Positions 28,031 to 37,849 are shown, counted from the first letter of the stretch. The stretch is 59,117 nt of DNA from a bacterium (GCA_040752695.1 JBFMGO010000002.1:82664-141780); one strand, 5' to 3'. The notes: generated from the letters alone by a model not told the origin. Numbers and translations: made by a program.

Positions 28031-28741
28031 TCACTCCTGACATTCAGTTGCGGGGAATTGCATGATAAAACATACTCCTCCCTCATGCTCTTGAAGAGCT
28101 CGAAATGTTCCCTTGTGCAGATCAAGAGCTCTTTGGACCAGACTGAATCTTGCCTCTCCTGCATAACTGGCCGAATCTGGTGTCTCATCCGCTGTCATGT
28201 GTTCGCAAGAGCTGCGTATGTGGACAGTGTGCATGGGTGAGGAAGGATCGGTTAGAATCTCAATTTCTATCCGGGCATGACTGCTGCTGCCATTCCTTGA
28301 CTGGCCACAGTAAAGAAGAAGGCTCAAAAGGGCCAACTGGAGGCAGAAAAAATTTCCATCGATCCGCAGCAGCCCGGAAGGAGGGTACCGAACGTTTATT
28401 TCGGCAAAGGACGGATCTCTGGTCAGGTCATTTAACAAGGTTATGGTTTCGCGAATGACCGCAGCCAGGTCCATTGGTTCAAACTCGAGCCCGTCCGCCC
28501 TGACATAGGTGAGAATCGATCGAAGCAGCTCTTTCATTTCATGAACTTCCTGGTTCAGGAGGGCAATATTCTCGTCCGCATAATACTCGGTTTCCAAAAG
28601 ATTGAGCACCAGGAGCATCCCTTGAATGGAATTATTGATTTCATGCGCAATTCTATGCGTCATGAGGCCGAGTGTATAGAACTTCTCCAAATGCAGGAGA
28701 GAAGAGAGTTGAGGCGCCTGGTTTTTCGAATCTTTATTCAT
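28031..28741 (-). CDS. Degenerate histidine-kinase-like protein (HisKA retained, ATPase boxes eroded)
   Basis: LEKFYTLG...IAHEINN H-box; no recognisable N, G1 or G2 boxes. Confidence 0.7.
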   Translation of the reverse strand: MNKDSKNQAPQLSSLLHLEKFYTLGLMTHRIAHEINNSIQGMLLVLNLLETEYYADENIALLNQEVHEMKELLRSILTYVRADGLEFEPMDLAAVIRETITLLNDLTRDPSFAEINVRYPPSGLLRIDGNFFCLQLALLSLLLYCGQSRNGSSSHARIEIEILTDPSSPMHTVHIRSSCEHMTADETPDSASYAGEARFSLVQRALDLHKGTFRALQEHEGGVCFIMQFPATECQE

Positions 28742-28751
28742 ACTTTTTCCC

Positions 28752-29630
28752 CTATAGTGGGATGAAAGATAAATTATTCAGGTTTCCCTTAATATTTAAT
28801 TGGATGCCCCCTTTATCCTGTTTCGGTAAGAAACTTGCCAGAGGGCCTAACTTCTTTTTCATCTCCTGGCCGATGTTCAGATTGACCCTGGCCCTCAGGT
28901 AACTGGTGGCCAGGTTCTGGCGAAGCTGCAAGTCTCCGGTAACCATGGCCTGGAGGTCATCCCCCTGTATGCGCATTGACTGGATTTTAACCCTGCCCTG
29001 ACTTAAACTGCCTTCCCCTTTGATCTGCTGAAAGGTAAAACCGGGGAAACTCATAATCTGGATATCTCCCGGAGCAACGTCGAAATGGTAATTGCCCGAA
29101 AGAGTCTGGATGTCGTTTTTTTCCATTTTTACATTGGCCTGGCCGGTCAGTTCTCCATTCATATTGACATTGAGTGCATCGCGAATATGCTTAAGATGGG
29201 CGAGGCGGATGCCATGGCCAAAGCAACTGAACTCCTGTAAGTGACCAGGGCGCAAAAGATCGAAATTGGCCACTCCTTCGATGGTTCCCTGATAGAGCTT
29301 GAGATTGAAAAGGATAGCCAGCTTTTTGAAAAAGAGCTGGCTGAGCTTTGGTCTTACCTGGAGAGTATCAATGGTAAGATAGGGAAAAGCCTCTGCCCTG
29401 GAGTCTTTTCCGGTGATTGTCAAAGCTTTCAGCTCCAGCCTGCCGGGGAAGACTACACGGAGATCTTTGGCCGAAAGGGTGCAATTGAGCTTTTGGGAAA
29501 GAAAATGGAGCCCCTGTCGGACCGCTTCCTCCCTGGGGAACAGAACAATGCAAAAGACAAAAAATGCGAAAACCCCATAGAGGAAAAGTAACCATATATG
29601 CTTTTGAGCAATCTCGTGCTCTTTGGTCAT
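28752..29630 (-). CDS. gspN: Type II secretion system protein N-like
   Basis: N-terminal TM ending ...VLFP, beta-rich body, LYQGTIEG, C-terminal ...LNIKGNLNNL pattern. Confidence 0.65.
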   Translation of the reverse strand: MTKEHEIAQKHIWLLFLYGVFAFFVFCIVLFPREEAVRQGLHFLSQKLNCTLSAKDLRVVFPGRLELKALTITGKDSRAEAFPYLTIDTLQVRPKLSQLFFKKLAILFNLKLYQGTIEGVANFDLLRPGHLQEFSCFGHGIRLAHLKHIRDALNVNMNGELTGQANVKMEKNDIQTLSGNYHFDVAPGDIQIMSFPGFTFQQIKGEGSLSQGRVKIQSMRIQGDDLQAMVTGDLQLRQNLATSYLRARVNLNIGQEMKKKLGPLASFLPKQDKGGIQLNIKGNLNNLSFIPL

Positions 29631-29748
29631 AAGTCCCGCTGCTTTGGTTATTCGCTCTGCTGTTAAGCCTTAACGAGGCCGTTGAGTTATGAGCTGTGCA
29701 ATTTGGTCCTTAACCATAAGGAAAGCTTTTATGTAAAAGAGATAATAA

Positions 29749-29777
29749 TTGCACTCAAGTAGAATGTGTGATATTAT
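29749..29777 (+). promoter_or_regulatory. Sigma-70 promoter for rpmB
   Basis: TTGCAC-N17-TATTAT with extended -10 TG. Confidence 0.6.
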
Positions 29778-29846
29778 ACACTTTCTTTACGGAAGAATCT
29801 ATCACAAACTTAGCCTGAAGTTATAAAATGGAGGAGAAGCAAGATC

Positions 29847-30038
29847 ATGTCCAGGAAATGTGATATCTGCGGCAAGGGTTCTCAATTTGGTAAAAATGTA
29901 AGTCACGCTCATAATAAAACGAACAGACGATGGCTTCCCAACATCCAAAAGGTACGGGTACTGGTCAAGGGTTCCAGCCAGAGAATGAATGTATGCACCC
30001 GGTGTATTCATGGCGGGAAAATTGAAAAGGCCGTTTAA
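29847..30038 (+). CDS. rpmB: 50S ribosomal protein L28
   Basis: [32 protein letters not shown]...VCTRCI. Confidence 0.98.
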   Translation: MSRKCDICGKGSQFGKNVSHAHNKTNRRWLPNIQKVRVLVKGSSQRMNVCTRCIHGGKIEKAV

Positions 30039-30088
30039 AGGCTGAATCCAGAAAGTCAGGGCCTGAAAGCCGGGCGGATGGTGACTGA

Positions 30089-32275
30089 TTATTGGTCACT
30101 GGTCACTGTCCCCTTGGAAAAAGGGGAGGTCGCCCGGTCGACCTCAATGACATCGTGGATGGTTTTGATAGAGCCGATCACCTTTTGTAATTGCTTAAGG
30201 TTATTGATCTCTATCGTAAATCTGCACATGGCCTGTGCATTCCCCGCTGTTTTCACGTCCGCAGTGATAATATTGATTTCGCAATCGGAGATGGCGGAGG
30301 TGATTTTCGCCAGCATCCCCGGCTTGTTAACGCAGCGGACATTAATATCCACCTGATAGGGGATGTCGGCGCCTTTCACGTCCCATGACGCTTCGATAAG
30401 GCGCTCTGTGCCATAGAGAAAGGGATCGACATTGGGGCAGTCGGCCCGATGGACGGAAACCCCTCGCCCTCTGGTAATAAAACCCACGATCTTGTCTCCC
30501 GGTACCGGATTGCAGCATTGGGCAAAACGGACCATAACGTCATCCACTCCCTTGATCTTAATCCCCTGCTCCTTGCGCTGAGTAATTTTGGTGATGACCT
30601 TTTTCAGTTTTGAAGGCTCAGGGGTAAGCTGGAGTTTTTCCTGGGGAAGAAGTTCGCCCAGTATTTGCCGGGCGGAGATTTTCCCGTAAGCGACATCGAC
30701 GATGAGTTCGTCTGAGTCTATGAGTCCGAAGCGGGAAGCAACTTTCAGCAGGTCTCCCTTCTTCAGCAGTTTTGAGTAACTCAGACCATACCTGGTCAGT
30801 TCTTTTTCAAGGATTTCCTTCCCGATAGTCAGGCATCGTTCTTTCTCTTCTGTTTTCAGCCAGCGCTTTATCCGGTGAATGGCCCTGGTGGTCTTGACGA
30901 TTTTCAGCCAGTCCCGGCTTGGGTGGTGGCTTGGTGCAGTAATGATTTCAACGATATCACCGGTTTTCAGTTTATAGCGCAAGGGAACCATCCGGCCGTT
31001 GATTTTCGCGCCGACGCAGTGGTGGCCGACTTCCGTGTGGATAGCGTAGGCAAAATCGATGGTAGTTGCATCCTGCGGAAATCCCATAACTTCCCCTTTC
31101 GGGGTAAAGACATAGACTTCATCGTGGAACAGGTCCACTTTCATCATGTGGAGAAATTCACTGGGATCTTTCAGATCCTGCTGCCACTCCATGAGCTGCC
31201 GCAGCCAGACGAAGCGCTCATCATACGATTTGTCCAGCTTCTCTTTTTCCTTATAACGCCAGTGGGCGGCAATTCCCTCCTCTGCCGTGCGGTGCATATC
31301 ATAGGTTCTGATCTGGATTTCCAGAGGGTATCCGCCCGGTCCGATGACCACGGTATGCAGCGACTGGTACATATTGGGCTTTGGCATGGCGATGTAATCG
31401 TCAAACTCACCTGGCAGGGGGGTCCAGATCGAGTGAATGATGCCCAGGGAGGCATAGCAGTCGCGAATGTTATTGGTGATGATGCGAATGCCCATAAGGT
31501 CAAAAATTTCGTCAAAGGTCACACCCTTGCGCTTCATCTTTTGATACACGCTGCACAGGTGCTTGGTTCTGCCTTTGACAATTCCATCGGTGTTATACTC
31601 CTTGAGCTTGGCCTGAATAGTTTTGATCCCCTCGTCAATGATTCCCTGACGGTGCCGGATTCCTTCGGTGGTCTTTTGGAGGAGATCGTTGTAGATTTCC
31701 GGCTCCAGATACTTTAAGGCCAGATCCTCCAGCTCTGATTTTATCCTGGCAATTCCCAGCCGGTTGGCAAAAGGAGCGTAGATGTCCATGGTTTCCCGGG
31801 CAATGCGAATCTGCTTCTCCCTCGGCAGGTACTCCAGGGTGCGCATGTTGTGCAGCCGGTCTGCCAGTTTGATCAGGATGACCCTAATATCCTTGGCCAT
31901 AGCCAGAAGCATTTTCCTGAAGTTCTCCGCCTGCTTTTCTTCATGGGAGGCAAAGGAAATCTGGCTGATCTTGGTGACCGCGTTGACCAAAAACAGCACC
32001 TCCTCACCGAAAAGATCGTGAATTTCGTTTTCCGTAGCCAGGGTATCTTCGATCGTATCGTGCAAAAGACCTACGGCCACGGTAACCTCGTCCAGCCTCA
32101 ATTCGGCAAGGATGGCCGAAACTTCCAGAGGGTGAGTGAGATATGCCTCTCCGGAAAGCCGGACCTGGCCTTTGTGGACCTTGGCTGAAAAGACATAGGC
32201 CAGATGAATGAGATCTATATCCGGTGAGGGTATATACGATTGAACTTTTTCCGTAATATCTGAGATCCTGATCAT
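30089..32275 (-). CDS. relA: Bifunctional (p)ppGpp synthetase/hydrolase (long RSH)
   Basis: HD motif LLHDTIED, KLADRLHNMRTL, YQSLHT, EIQIRT, TGS, CCNPVPGD, ACT. Confidence 0.96.
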   Translation of the reverse strand: MIRISDITEKVQSYIPSPDIDLIHLAYVFSAKVHKGQVRLSGEAYLTHPLEVSAILAELRLDEVTVAVGLLHDTIEDTLATENEIHDLFGEEVLFLVNAVTKISQISFASHEEKQAENFRKMLLAMAKDIRVILIKLADRLHNMRTLEYLPREKQIRIARETMDIYAPFANRLGIARIKSELEDLALKYLEPEIYNDLLQKTTEGIRHRQGIIDEGIKTIQAKLKEYNTDGIVKGRTKHLCSVYQKMKRKGVTFDEIFDLMGIRIITNNIRDCYASLGIIHSIWTPLPGEFDDYIAMPKPNMYQSLHTVVIGPGGYPLEIQIRTYDMHRTAEEGIAAHWRYKEKEKLDKSYDERFVWLRQLMEWQQDLKDPSEFLHMMKVDLFHDEVYVFTPKGEVMGFPQDATTIDFAYAIHTEVGHHCVGAKINGRMVPLRYKLKTGDIVEIITAPSHHPSRDWLKIVKTTRAIHRIKRWLKTEEKERCLTIGKEILEKELTRYGLSYSKLLKKGDLLKVASRFGLIDSDELIVDVAYGKISARQILGELLPQEKLQLTPEPSKLKKVITKITQRKEQGIKIKGVDDVMVRFAQCCNPVPGDKIVGFITRGRGVSVHRADCPNVDPFLYGTERLIEASWDVKGADIPYQVDINVRCVNKPGMLAKITSAISDCEINIITADVKTAGNAQAMCRFTIEINNLKQLQKVIGSIKTIHDVIEVDRATSPFSKGTVTSDQ

Positions 32276-32331
32276 AGGTGCTTCTTTTGGAGATTTTGCC
32301 TTTTTTTGAAGATTGTATTCTTACCTTGAGT

Positions 32332-33309
32332 CTACGGGATGGTCAGATTCCCGATAATATCTGCAAGCGTATTGAATTGATACCTCATCATATACTTTTC
32401 GATACCTTTGAGTACTTTGATTGGGGTTTCCGGATCTACAAAATGAGCAGTGCCAACGGAAATCGCACTGGCGCCAGCCAGCAGGAATTCCACAGCGTCA
32501 TCTCCATTCATGATTCCGCCCATACCGATAACGGGGATGTCCACCGCCTGGGATACCTGGAAGACCATACGCACGGCAATGGGTTTGATGGCAGGGCCGG
32601 AGAGTCCGCCGACGACCCTGGCCAGGGCCGGTTTTCTCTGGTGAATGTCAATTGCCATGCCGAGCACGGTGTTGATCAAAGAAACGGCATCCGTGCCCGC
32701 CTCCTGAGCACTGCTTGCAATCGCCGCGATATTGGTCACATTGGGCGAAAGTTTGGTGATGAGAGGAAGGCCGGTTGCCTGCCGCACAGCCTGCACCACC
32801 TCAAAGGTGCTCTGACAGTCAGTTCCAAAAGCAAGGCCCCCTTTGTCTACATTCGGGCAGGAAATATTGAGTTCCAGGGCATCTACCCGTGAGTGCTTCG
32901 ATAACTCTGTGGCCAGGGCTACATATTCGTCGATCGTATGACCTAGAATATTCACGATGACCAGGCTGTCGATGCTTTCCAAAAACGGAAGCTTTGTTTT
33001 GATGAAAGCTTCCAGCCCGACATTCTGAAGGCCGATGGAGTTCAGCAATCCGGCCGGTGTTTCTGCGAGCCGCGGAGGAGGGTTACCCTCCATGGGATGA
33101 AGAGATATCCCCTTAACCACAATGGCACCTAATTGATTGAGGTCAATAAACCGGCTGTACTCTTCACCATATCCAAAGGTTCCGGAAGCCACCATGACCG
33201 GATTTTTTAATTCAAGGCCAGCCAACCGGATGCGAGTATCCGGTTGCCGGCAGGAGGACCGGATACCGGCTTCTGACTCCTGGCTCCTGATTTCCGGCTT
33301 CCGAGTCAT
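32332..33309 (-). CDS. pyrD: Dihydroorotate dehydrogenase B catalytic subunit
   Basis: ASGTFGYG, ELNISCPNV, KLSPNVT, GGLSGPAIKP. Confidence 0.97.
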   Translation of the reverse strand: MTRKPEIRSQESEAGIRSSCRQPDTRIRLAGLELKNPVMVASGTFGYGEEYSRFIDLNQLGAIVVKGISLHPMEGNPPPRLAETPAGLLNSIGLQNVGLEAFIKTKLPFLESIDSLVIVNILGHTIDEYVALATELSKHSRVDALELNISCPNVDKGGLAFGTDCQSTFEVVQAVRQATGLPLITKLSPNVTNIAAIASSAQEAGTDAVSLINTVLGMAIDIHQRKPALARVVGGLSGPAIKPIAVRMVFQVSQAVDIPVIGMGGIMNGDDAVEFLLAGASAISVGTAHFVDPETPIKVLKGIEKYMMRYQFNTLADIIGNLTIP

Positions 33310-34145
33310 AACTCCTGCCTCCTGGCTTCACAACGCCTCCCGGCCTCAAAAACCGGTCCTTCCTTGCAGACTCTCCGGTACCGCGACGGGTTGTCAGCAT
33401 CAGCCCATTCAATGACACACCCCAAACAGGCACCGACACCGCAGGCCATTTTTTGCTCCAGCGAGACCTGGCAACTCAGGTTGTACTGGCGGGCAGCTTC
33501 CGCTACCTTATACATCAAAGGAAGAGGGCCGCAGGCAAAAATGGTGATTTCGTTTTTTCCTGAAAGCATTGCCTGCTTCAGGTAATCGGAAAAAGGCTCC
33601 ATGATCAGTCCCTTGTGCCCCATGGACCCGTCTTCGGTGGAAATGTGGAGCGAAAAGCCATCCTTTTCAAAATCCTCCCGGCATAAAATATCCTCTTTCG
33701 TCTTTCCGCCAAGAAAAAGCCGGGGTTGAAGTGGCAGGGCCTGGGCCTCCTCGATCCGGTCGGCTAAAAACAGAAGCGGAGCAGCCCCTATTCCCCCTGC
33801 GATGAGAAGAGGATGAGAGATCGCGGTCTTGAGCCGAAAACCCTGGCCGAGCGGACCGATAATATCAATTTTCGCTCCCCTGCTCAGTGATGCCAGATGG
33901 GCTGTCCCTTTGCCCACGATCCGAAACAGAATCTGGATGCCCTCAGCTTGTGCACTCCGGTGACTTGACGAAGTCCATTGCCGATGTATGGAAAAAGGAC
34001 GGCGCAGTAAAGGTTCCACTTCATGATTTACTCTTATCATAACAAATTGTCCAGGAGCGGCCTTTTGGGCTATTTCGGCACAATCCAGGGTTAACCGATA
34101 ATAATAACTTGATATCCGGTAATTTTCTATAATTTTTGCCGTCAT
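33306..34145 (-). CDS. pyrK: Dihydroorotate dehydrogenase electron transfer subunit
   Basis: PGQFVM, LRRPFSI, AGGIGAAP, MACGVGACLGC, VCKEGPVF; overlaps pyrD by 4 nt. Confidence 0.95.
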   Translation of the reverse strand: MTAKIIENYRISSYYYRLTLDCAEIAQKAAPGQFVMIRVNHEVEPLLRRPFSIHRQWTSSSHRSAQAEGIQILFRIVGKGTAHLASLSRGAKIDIIGPLGQGFRLKTAISHPLLIAGGIGAAPLLFLADRIEEAQALPLQPRLFLGGKTKEDILCREDFEKDGFSLHISTEDGSMGHKGLIMEPFSDYLKQAMLSGKNEITIFACGPLPLMYKVAEAARQYNLSCQVSLEQKMACGVGACLGCVIEWADADNPSRYRRVCKEGPVFEAGRRCEARRQEL

Positions 34146-34238
34146 TTTATTCTTATTTTATTCTCATGGATGTTGCTGTCGTTGTATTTTCTACAAGAAA
34201 TCGGTCGCTGGTGCTTTCTCTAATAGTTTCAACAATCT

Positions 34239-34267
34239 ATTAAATCATAGCCACCTCTGGATGTCAA
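34239..34267 (-). promoter_or_regulatory. Sigma-70 promoter for pyrK-pyrD-rel
   Basis: TTGACA-N17-TTTAAT with upstream TG. Confidence 0.5.
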
Positions 34268-34310
34268 AATAAAAAATATTCCTCCAGACATTCCTCGTTT
34301 TTTCAAACAG

Positions 34311-34351
34311 AAAAAAATGCCCAGGAAAAGGATTTTTCGCTCTTCCTGGGC
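34311..34351 (-). terminator. Intrinsic terminator after the 34391 gene
   Basis: gcccaggaa...ttcctgggc stem adjacent to an A7 run (U-tract on the minus strand). Confidence 0.65.
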
Positions 34352-34390
34352 CTTAGCTTCTTTTTTCCCAATTGACGGATTGAGGTAAGA

Positions 34391-35341
34391 TCAAGGATAT
34401 ACTATAGATGAAAATCCTCCTGCGGAGAAACCACCAGCAGCAGGGCTGCCACCAGTTCCACCAGTGTATCCGCCACCAGTGTATCCGCCGCCAGGATACC
34501 CGCTGACTCCGCTGGCTGATGCGCCCGTAACCCATGAGGCAGAGCCTGCATACCCGGCAGGTGTCATTCCGCCGGCAGAAGTCTTGACGCCGGGAGCAAA
34601 ATAGTAGTTGGAGGCATTATAGGGATTAAAATAGCTGGCCGTTGCGTAGAAGGGCATGCCGTCAGCCGTGTACATTGGCCTGTCTCCCAGTGCCTGATCA
34701 AGCTGTGCTGAGATCGGTGCATAAGACACTAAGTTGGCAATACCCTCGCCGTAGCGACCGAGCCCGCTATAAATCGTAGGGGTCCCCAAAGCCACTGATG
34801 CTCCGGAATATGTTGACGTAAAGGGCCATGAGCTCATTCCATAGCTGGTCGATACATCGGAAGAATAGACGGTCCAGGGCAGCACCAGGCTGTTTTCGTA
34901 ACTGCTGCTCCCTCCAAGGATACTGTTGCTGTAGCTATATTCACTGGAGTACATCGAGCCGGGAGCCCCGATGTTGACATAGGCCCCGCCGCTGTTTAAA
35001 AGGGGGTCGGAGTAAAAGTTCGATCCTGTGGAATAGTTCAGGCCAAAGGCATTCTGATAACTGTAAGAATTATCCCACGACGTAGAGAAAAGATCAGTGT
35101 AAGAGGAAGACTGGCTGGATGTCGTGGCAAAAAGATTGGTTGTCGTTGAACTGTAAGAGGAACTCTGGGCGAGCGGGCTGAGAAAAAGGCTCGAATCCAG
35201 AGTATAAGAGCTGAAAAGATTTCCCCCTCCGAGGGAGATAGTCTGGGTGATCTGGCCAAATGCGGAAGAGCAAATCAATCCAGCGACAGCCATAGATGCA
35301 AGGCTGTAAATCCACGCTTTCAAAAACCATTTATTACTCAT
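34391..35341 (-). CDS. Secreted Ser/Tyr/Gly-rich low-complexity protein
   Basis: RBS aaggag before MSNKW; signal peptide ending AFG|Q; GY(P/T)GG repeats at the C-terminus. Confidence 0.8.
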   Translation of the reverse strand: MSNKWFLKAWIYSLASMAVAGLICSSAFGQITQTISLGGGNLFSSYTLDSSLFLSPLAQSSSYSSTTTNLFATTSSQSSSYTDLFSTSWDNSYSYQNAFGLNYSTGSNFYSDPLLNSGGAYVNIGAPGSMYSSEYSYSNSILGGSSSYENSLVLPWTVYSSDVSTSYGMSSWPFTSTYSGASVALGTPTIYSGLGRYGEGIANLVSYAPISAQLDQALGDRPMYTADGMPFYATASYFNPYNASNYYFAPGVKTSAGGMTPAGYAGSASWVTGASASGVSGYPGGGYTGGGYTGGTGGSPAAGGFSAGGFSSIVYP

Positions 35342-35574
35342 TTTATACACACTCTCCTTTCTTCGTTTACCTGACGTTACAACTAAACCTTGAATGTCTC
35401 GTTCATTCATCACCCCCCCTTATGAGCACAAAAGTTTAAAGGTTCTCGTTTTTATACAGTTATTAGACGAAATCGATGCTTATTTAGTTATACCTGATCG
35501 TGAAAATAATTTTTTTGAAGAACACTCATGAAGAACACCCGCCGAGCGGATACGCCCGTCAAAGGCACAGCAGA

Positions 35575-35612
35575 GCGGCAGGAAAAACACACCTTTTTGT
35601 TTTTCCTGCCGC
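35575..35612. terminator. Strong hairpin downstream of the 35639 gene
   Basis: gcggcaggaaaaaca...tgtttttcctgccgc; 15-bp perfect stem. Confidence 0.7.
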
Positions 35613-35638
35613 CTTCTTTCAGGAAGCAACGTGTGCAA

Positions 35639-36787
35639 TCAGTTCAGTTTTCTTGCCAGGGTAATTGTCCCTGCCTTTGAGTAATCAGGCCCGCTTATAT
35701 TAAGGCTGCCTTGCAGCATGTCGTTACGGATCGATCCGCTGATTATCCAGACATACTGAACGCTGCTACTGTCAGGTTCCTGATCATTGGAAAGATTAGG
35801 ATAGAACTTGACAATAACACTGATAGAATCGATTGTTGAAATATCGCTGTAGGTGGCCGTCGCCAGAACCCGTCCCCTCTTCGTTTGATCAGCAATTTCC
35901 CAATTGGTAACGGTCATGTATCCGTTTATCTGATACTCGTTCTTTTTCTGAGTCAGCCCCAAAGTGACCTCTCCTTCAGTCGCAACCTCCAGTGAATCGC
36001 TGGCCGGGTCGTAGAGCTTATACGAGCCTTGCCACAGAGCGCTCAGATTGGGAAGATTCTGAATAGCGGTGTCAGAGCTCGATGAGGTCGAAGAAGTTGT
36101 CGGCTGTTGAGAAGTTGTCGTCTGCGTCTGTCCTGTATAAGTGGTACCGGGATAGTACTGCGGATTGGTATAGCTCTGGGCAGATCTGGAATCGAGAGGG
36201 TAATTCACCGGGATACCCGTAGACGGCGCATAGGGGTTATAGGTGGGCTGCCCGTAATTTATGGGCTGCCCATAATTCATGGGTGTACTCACCATCGGCA
36301 TCCCTGCTGCCGAGTAGGGGCTATATACGGGTTGCCCATAGTTCATCGGCATATTTGTCACCGGCATACCCGCTGCGTACGGGTTGTATGCACTCTGCCC
36401 GTAACTTATTGGCATACCCGACCCATAAGCTGCTCCGAAGGATCCGTACGGTGATCCAAATGATGCCTGGGTTAACAGGGGGGAAGCCTGCACGAATCCT
36501 GCAGTGGGAGACTGCCAGCCGAGACCGGGGAGAACGGGCGGCATTGCCAGAGAGAGGGGAGAACCTACAAGGGGTAAAGAGATGCCGGGCGCAAATCCGC
36601 CAATCCCCAGCCCGATTCCCAAAGGACTGCCGAAAGGAGCGCCGAAACCGCCAATCGGTATCGGGTAAAATTGGGCTGCACTCCGCTCAGGCGATAAGGC
36701 CAGACATACGATCATGAGTGAAAAGAAAAACGGATAGATGAGATTTTTCCTGATAGCTTTCAAAAACGCTCTCTGCTGCCTTTCCAT
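35639..36787 (-). CDS. Secreted protein with Pro/Gly/Tyr-rich repeats and a C-terminal beta-rich domain
   Basis: Signal ending SAA|Q; PMNYGQP repeats; Thr/Ser linker; globular C-terminus; RBS ggagg 10 nt upstream of 36787. Confidence 0.8.
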   Translation of the reverse strand: MERQQRAFLKAIRKNLIYPFFFSLMIVCLALSPERSAAQFYPIPIGGFGAPFGSPLGIGLGIGGFAPGISLPLVGSPLSLAMPPVLPGLGWQSPTAGFVQASPLLTQASFGSPYGSFGAAYGSGMPISYGQSAYNPYAAGMPVTNMPMNYGQPVYSPYSAAGMPMVSTPMNYGQPINYGQPTYNPYAPSTGIPVNYPLDSRSAQSYTNPQYYPGTTYTGQTQTTTSQQPTTSSTSSSSDTAIQNLPNLSALWQGSYKLYDPASDSLEVATEGEVTLGLTQKKNEYQINGYMTVTNWEIADQTKRGRVLATATYSDISTIDSISVIVKFYPNLSNDQEPDSSSVQYVWIISGSIRNDMLQGSLNISGPDYSKAGTITLARKLN

Positions 36788-36837
36788 GTTTGCCATGCCT
36801 CCATAACGTAAAAATAAACTACCTCTTTTTGCAATTA

Positions 36838-36854
36838 TGCAATACTTTTGCCAG
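36838..36854 (-). promoter_or_regulatory. Sigma-54 promoter
   Basis: CTGGCAA-AAGTA-TTGCA; exact GG-N10-GC spacing, about 50 nt upstream of the start. Confidence 0.7.
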
Positions 36855-37020
36855 CCCTTCGGCGGCAAAAAGTGGTCACTGTCCCTTAAAGGGAAATGAG
36901 CCTTTTTATAGGTGCCCAGTGACCGGTTATCAACGTTCCGCGGCCAATTTCATTGAATCACTTCTTATGACGAGTGACGTCCCTTATGTGAAAAACCAAT
37001 GCTGTTCCCTGCAATTAATT

Positions 37021-37821
37021 TCATACAGGAAATCTCTCTTCCACTGGAGCGACCGCTACGGTTATTTCCCCGAAGGGGACCGGTTGTTTAAGCCGGATCA
37101 TTCCCGTTTTGGCCATTTCCAGTAACGCTAAAAAGGTTATGATGATATTTTGTCTTTCATATTTCCCCTCCAAAAGCTCCTCGAAGAGAGCGCTTTTTAA
37201 AAACCGTAAAGATATCAAAATCTGCCGGATTCTATCTTTGATATCTATCTCACTGACCTTAAGCGGGATGACGGGCTCATCTGCCGGAACCTTATGAAGA
37301 ATACCCCTTAAGGCCAGAACAAGATCAAAAATTCCTGCTTCAATAGTGGAAAAATCGCCATCGGAGAATGTCCCAATTGCAGGCCGGGAAAAAAGTCTGC
37401 TTCTCTCCTCCGCCAGATAACAAAGATTTTCAGCAGCTTCCTTATATCTCTGATACTCAAGTAAACGGTCAACCAAGTCCCTTTTTTGCTCCTCCAGTTC
37501 TTCCTCCTCATGAGGTGCTTTGGGGGTCAGCAGCGTTTGAGACTTCATGTAAATCAAAGTGGCCGCCATAACCAGGAATTCACTGGTAATATCGAGATTG
37601 AGGATGGTCATGGTTTCGAGAAAGGCTAGGTACTGATCCGTGATTTTGGTAATGGAAATATCATAAATATCAATCTTTTCTTTTTTAATAAGGTGCATGA
37701 GAAGATCAAGCGGTCCTTCAAAAACATCCAGAACTACTCTATACTCGCCCTTTGTCGGTATGGTGTTTTGACTCTCTTCCCTTCGGTTTCCTCCCATCTT
37801 GCTGGACATTTTTAAAATCAC
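37021..37821 (-). CDS. scpA: Segregation and condensation protein A
   Basis: FEGPLDLLMHLI...IDIYDI, EFLVMAATL, TFLALLEM. Confidence 0.95.
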   Translation of the reverse strand: MILKMSSKMGGNRREESQNTIPTKGEYRVVLDVFEGPLDLLMHLIKKEKIDIYDISITKITDQYLAFLETMTILNLDITSEFLVMAATLIYMKSQTLLTPKAPHEEEELEEQKRDLVDRLLEYQRYKEAAENLCYLAEERSRLFSRPAIGTFSDGDFSTIEAGIFDLVLALRGILHKVPADEPVIPLKVSEIDIKDRIRQILISLRFLKSALFEELLEGKYERQNIIITFLALLEMAKTGMIRLKQPVPFGEITVAVAPVEERFPV

Positions 37822-37849
37822 GTTTCCTTAAAAAACGGCTTTTAGCAGG

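Noticed and set aside
30875..32892. Long plus-strand ORFs opposite rel and pyrD (and similar antisense ORFs elsewhere)
   Set aside because: They are antisense shadows of conserved genes and have no motifs.
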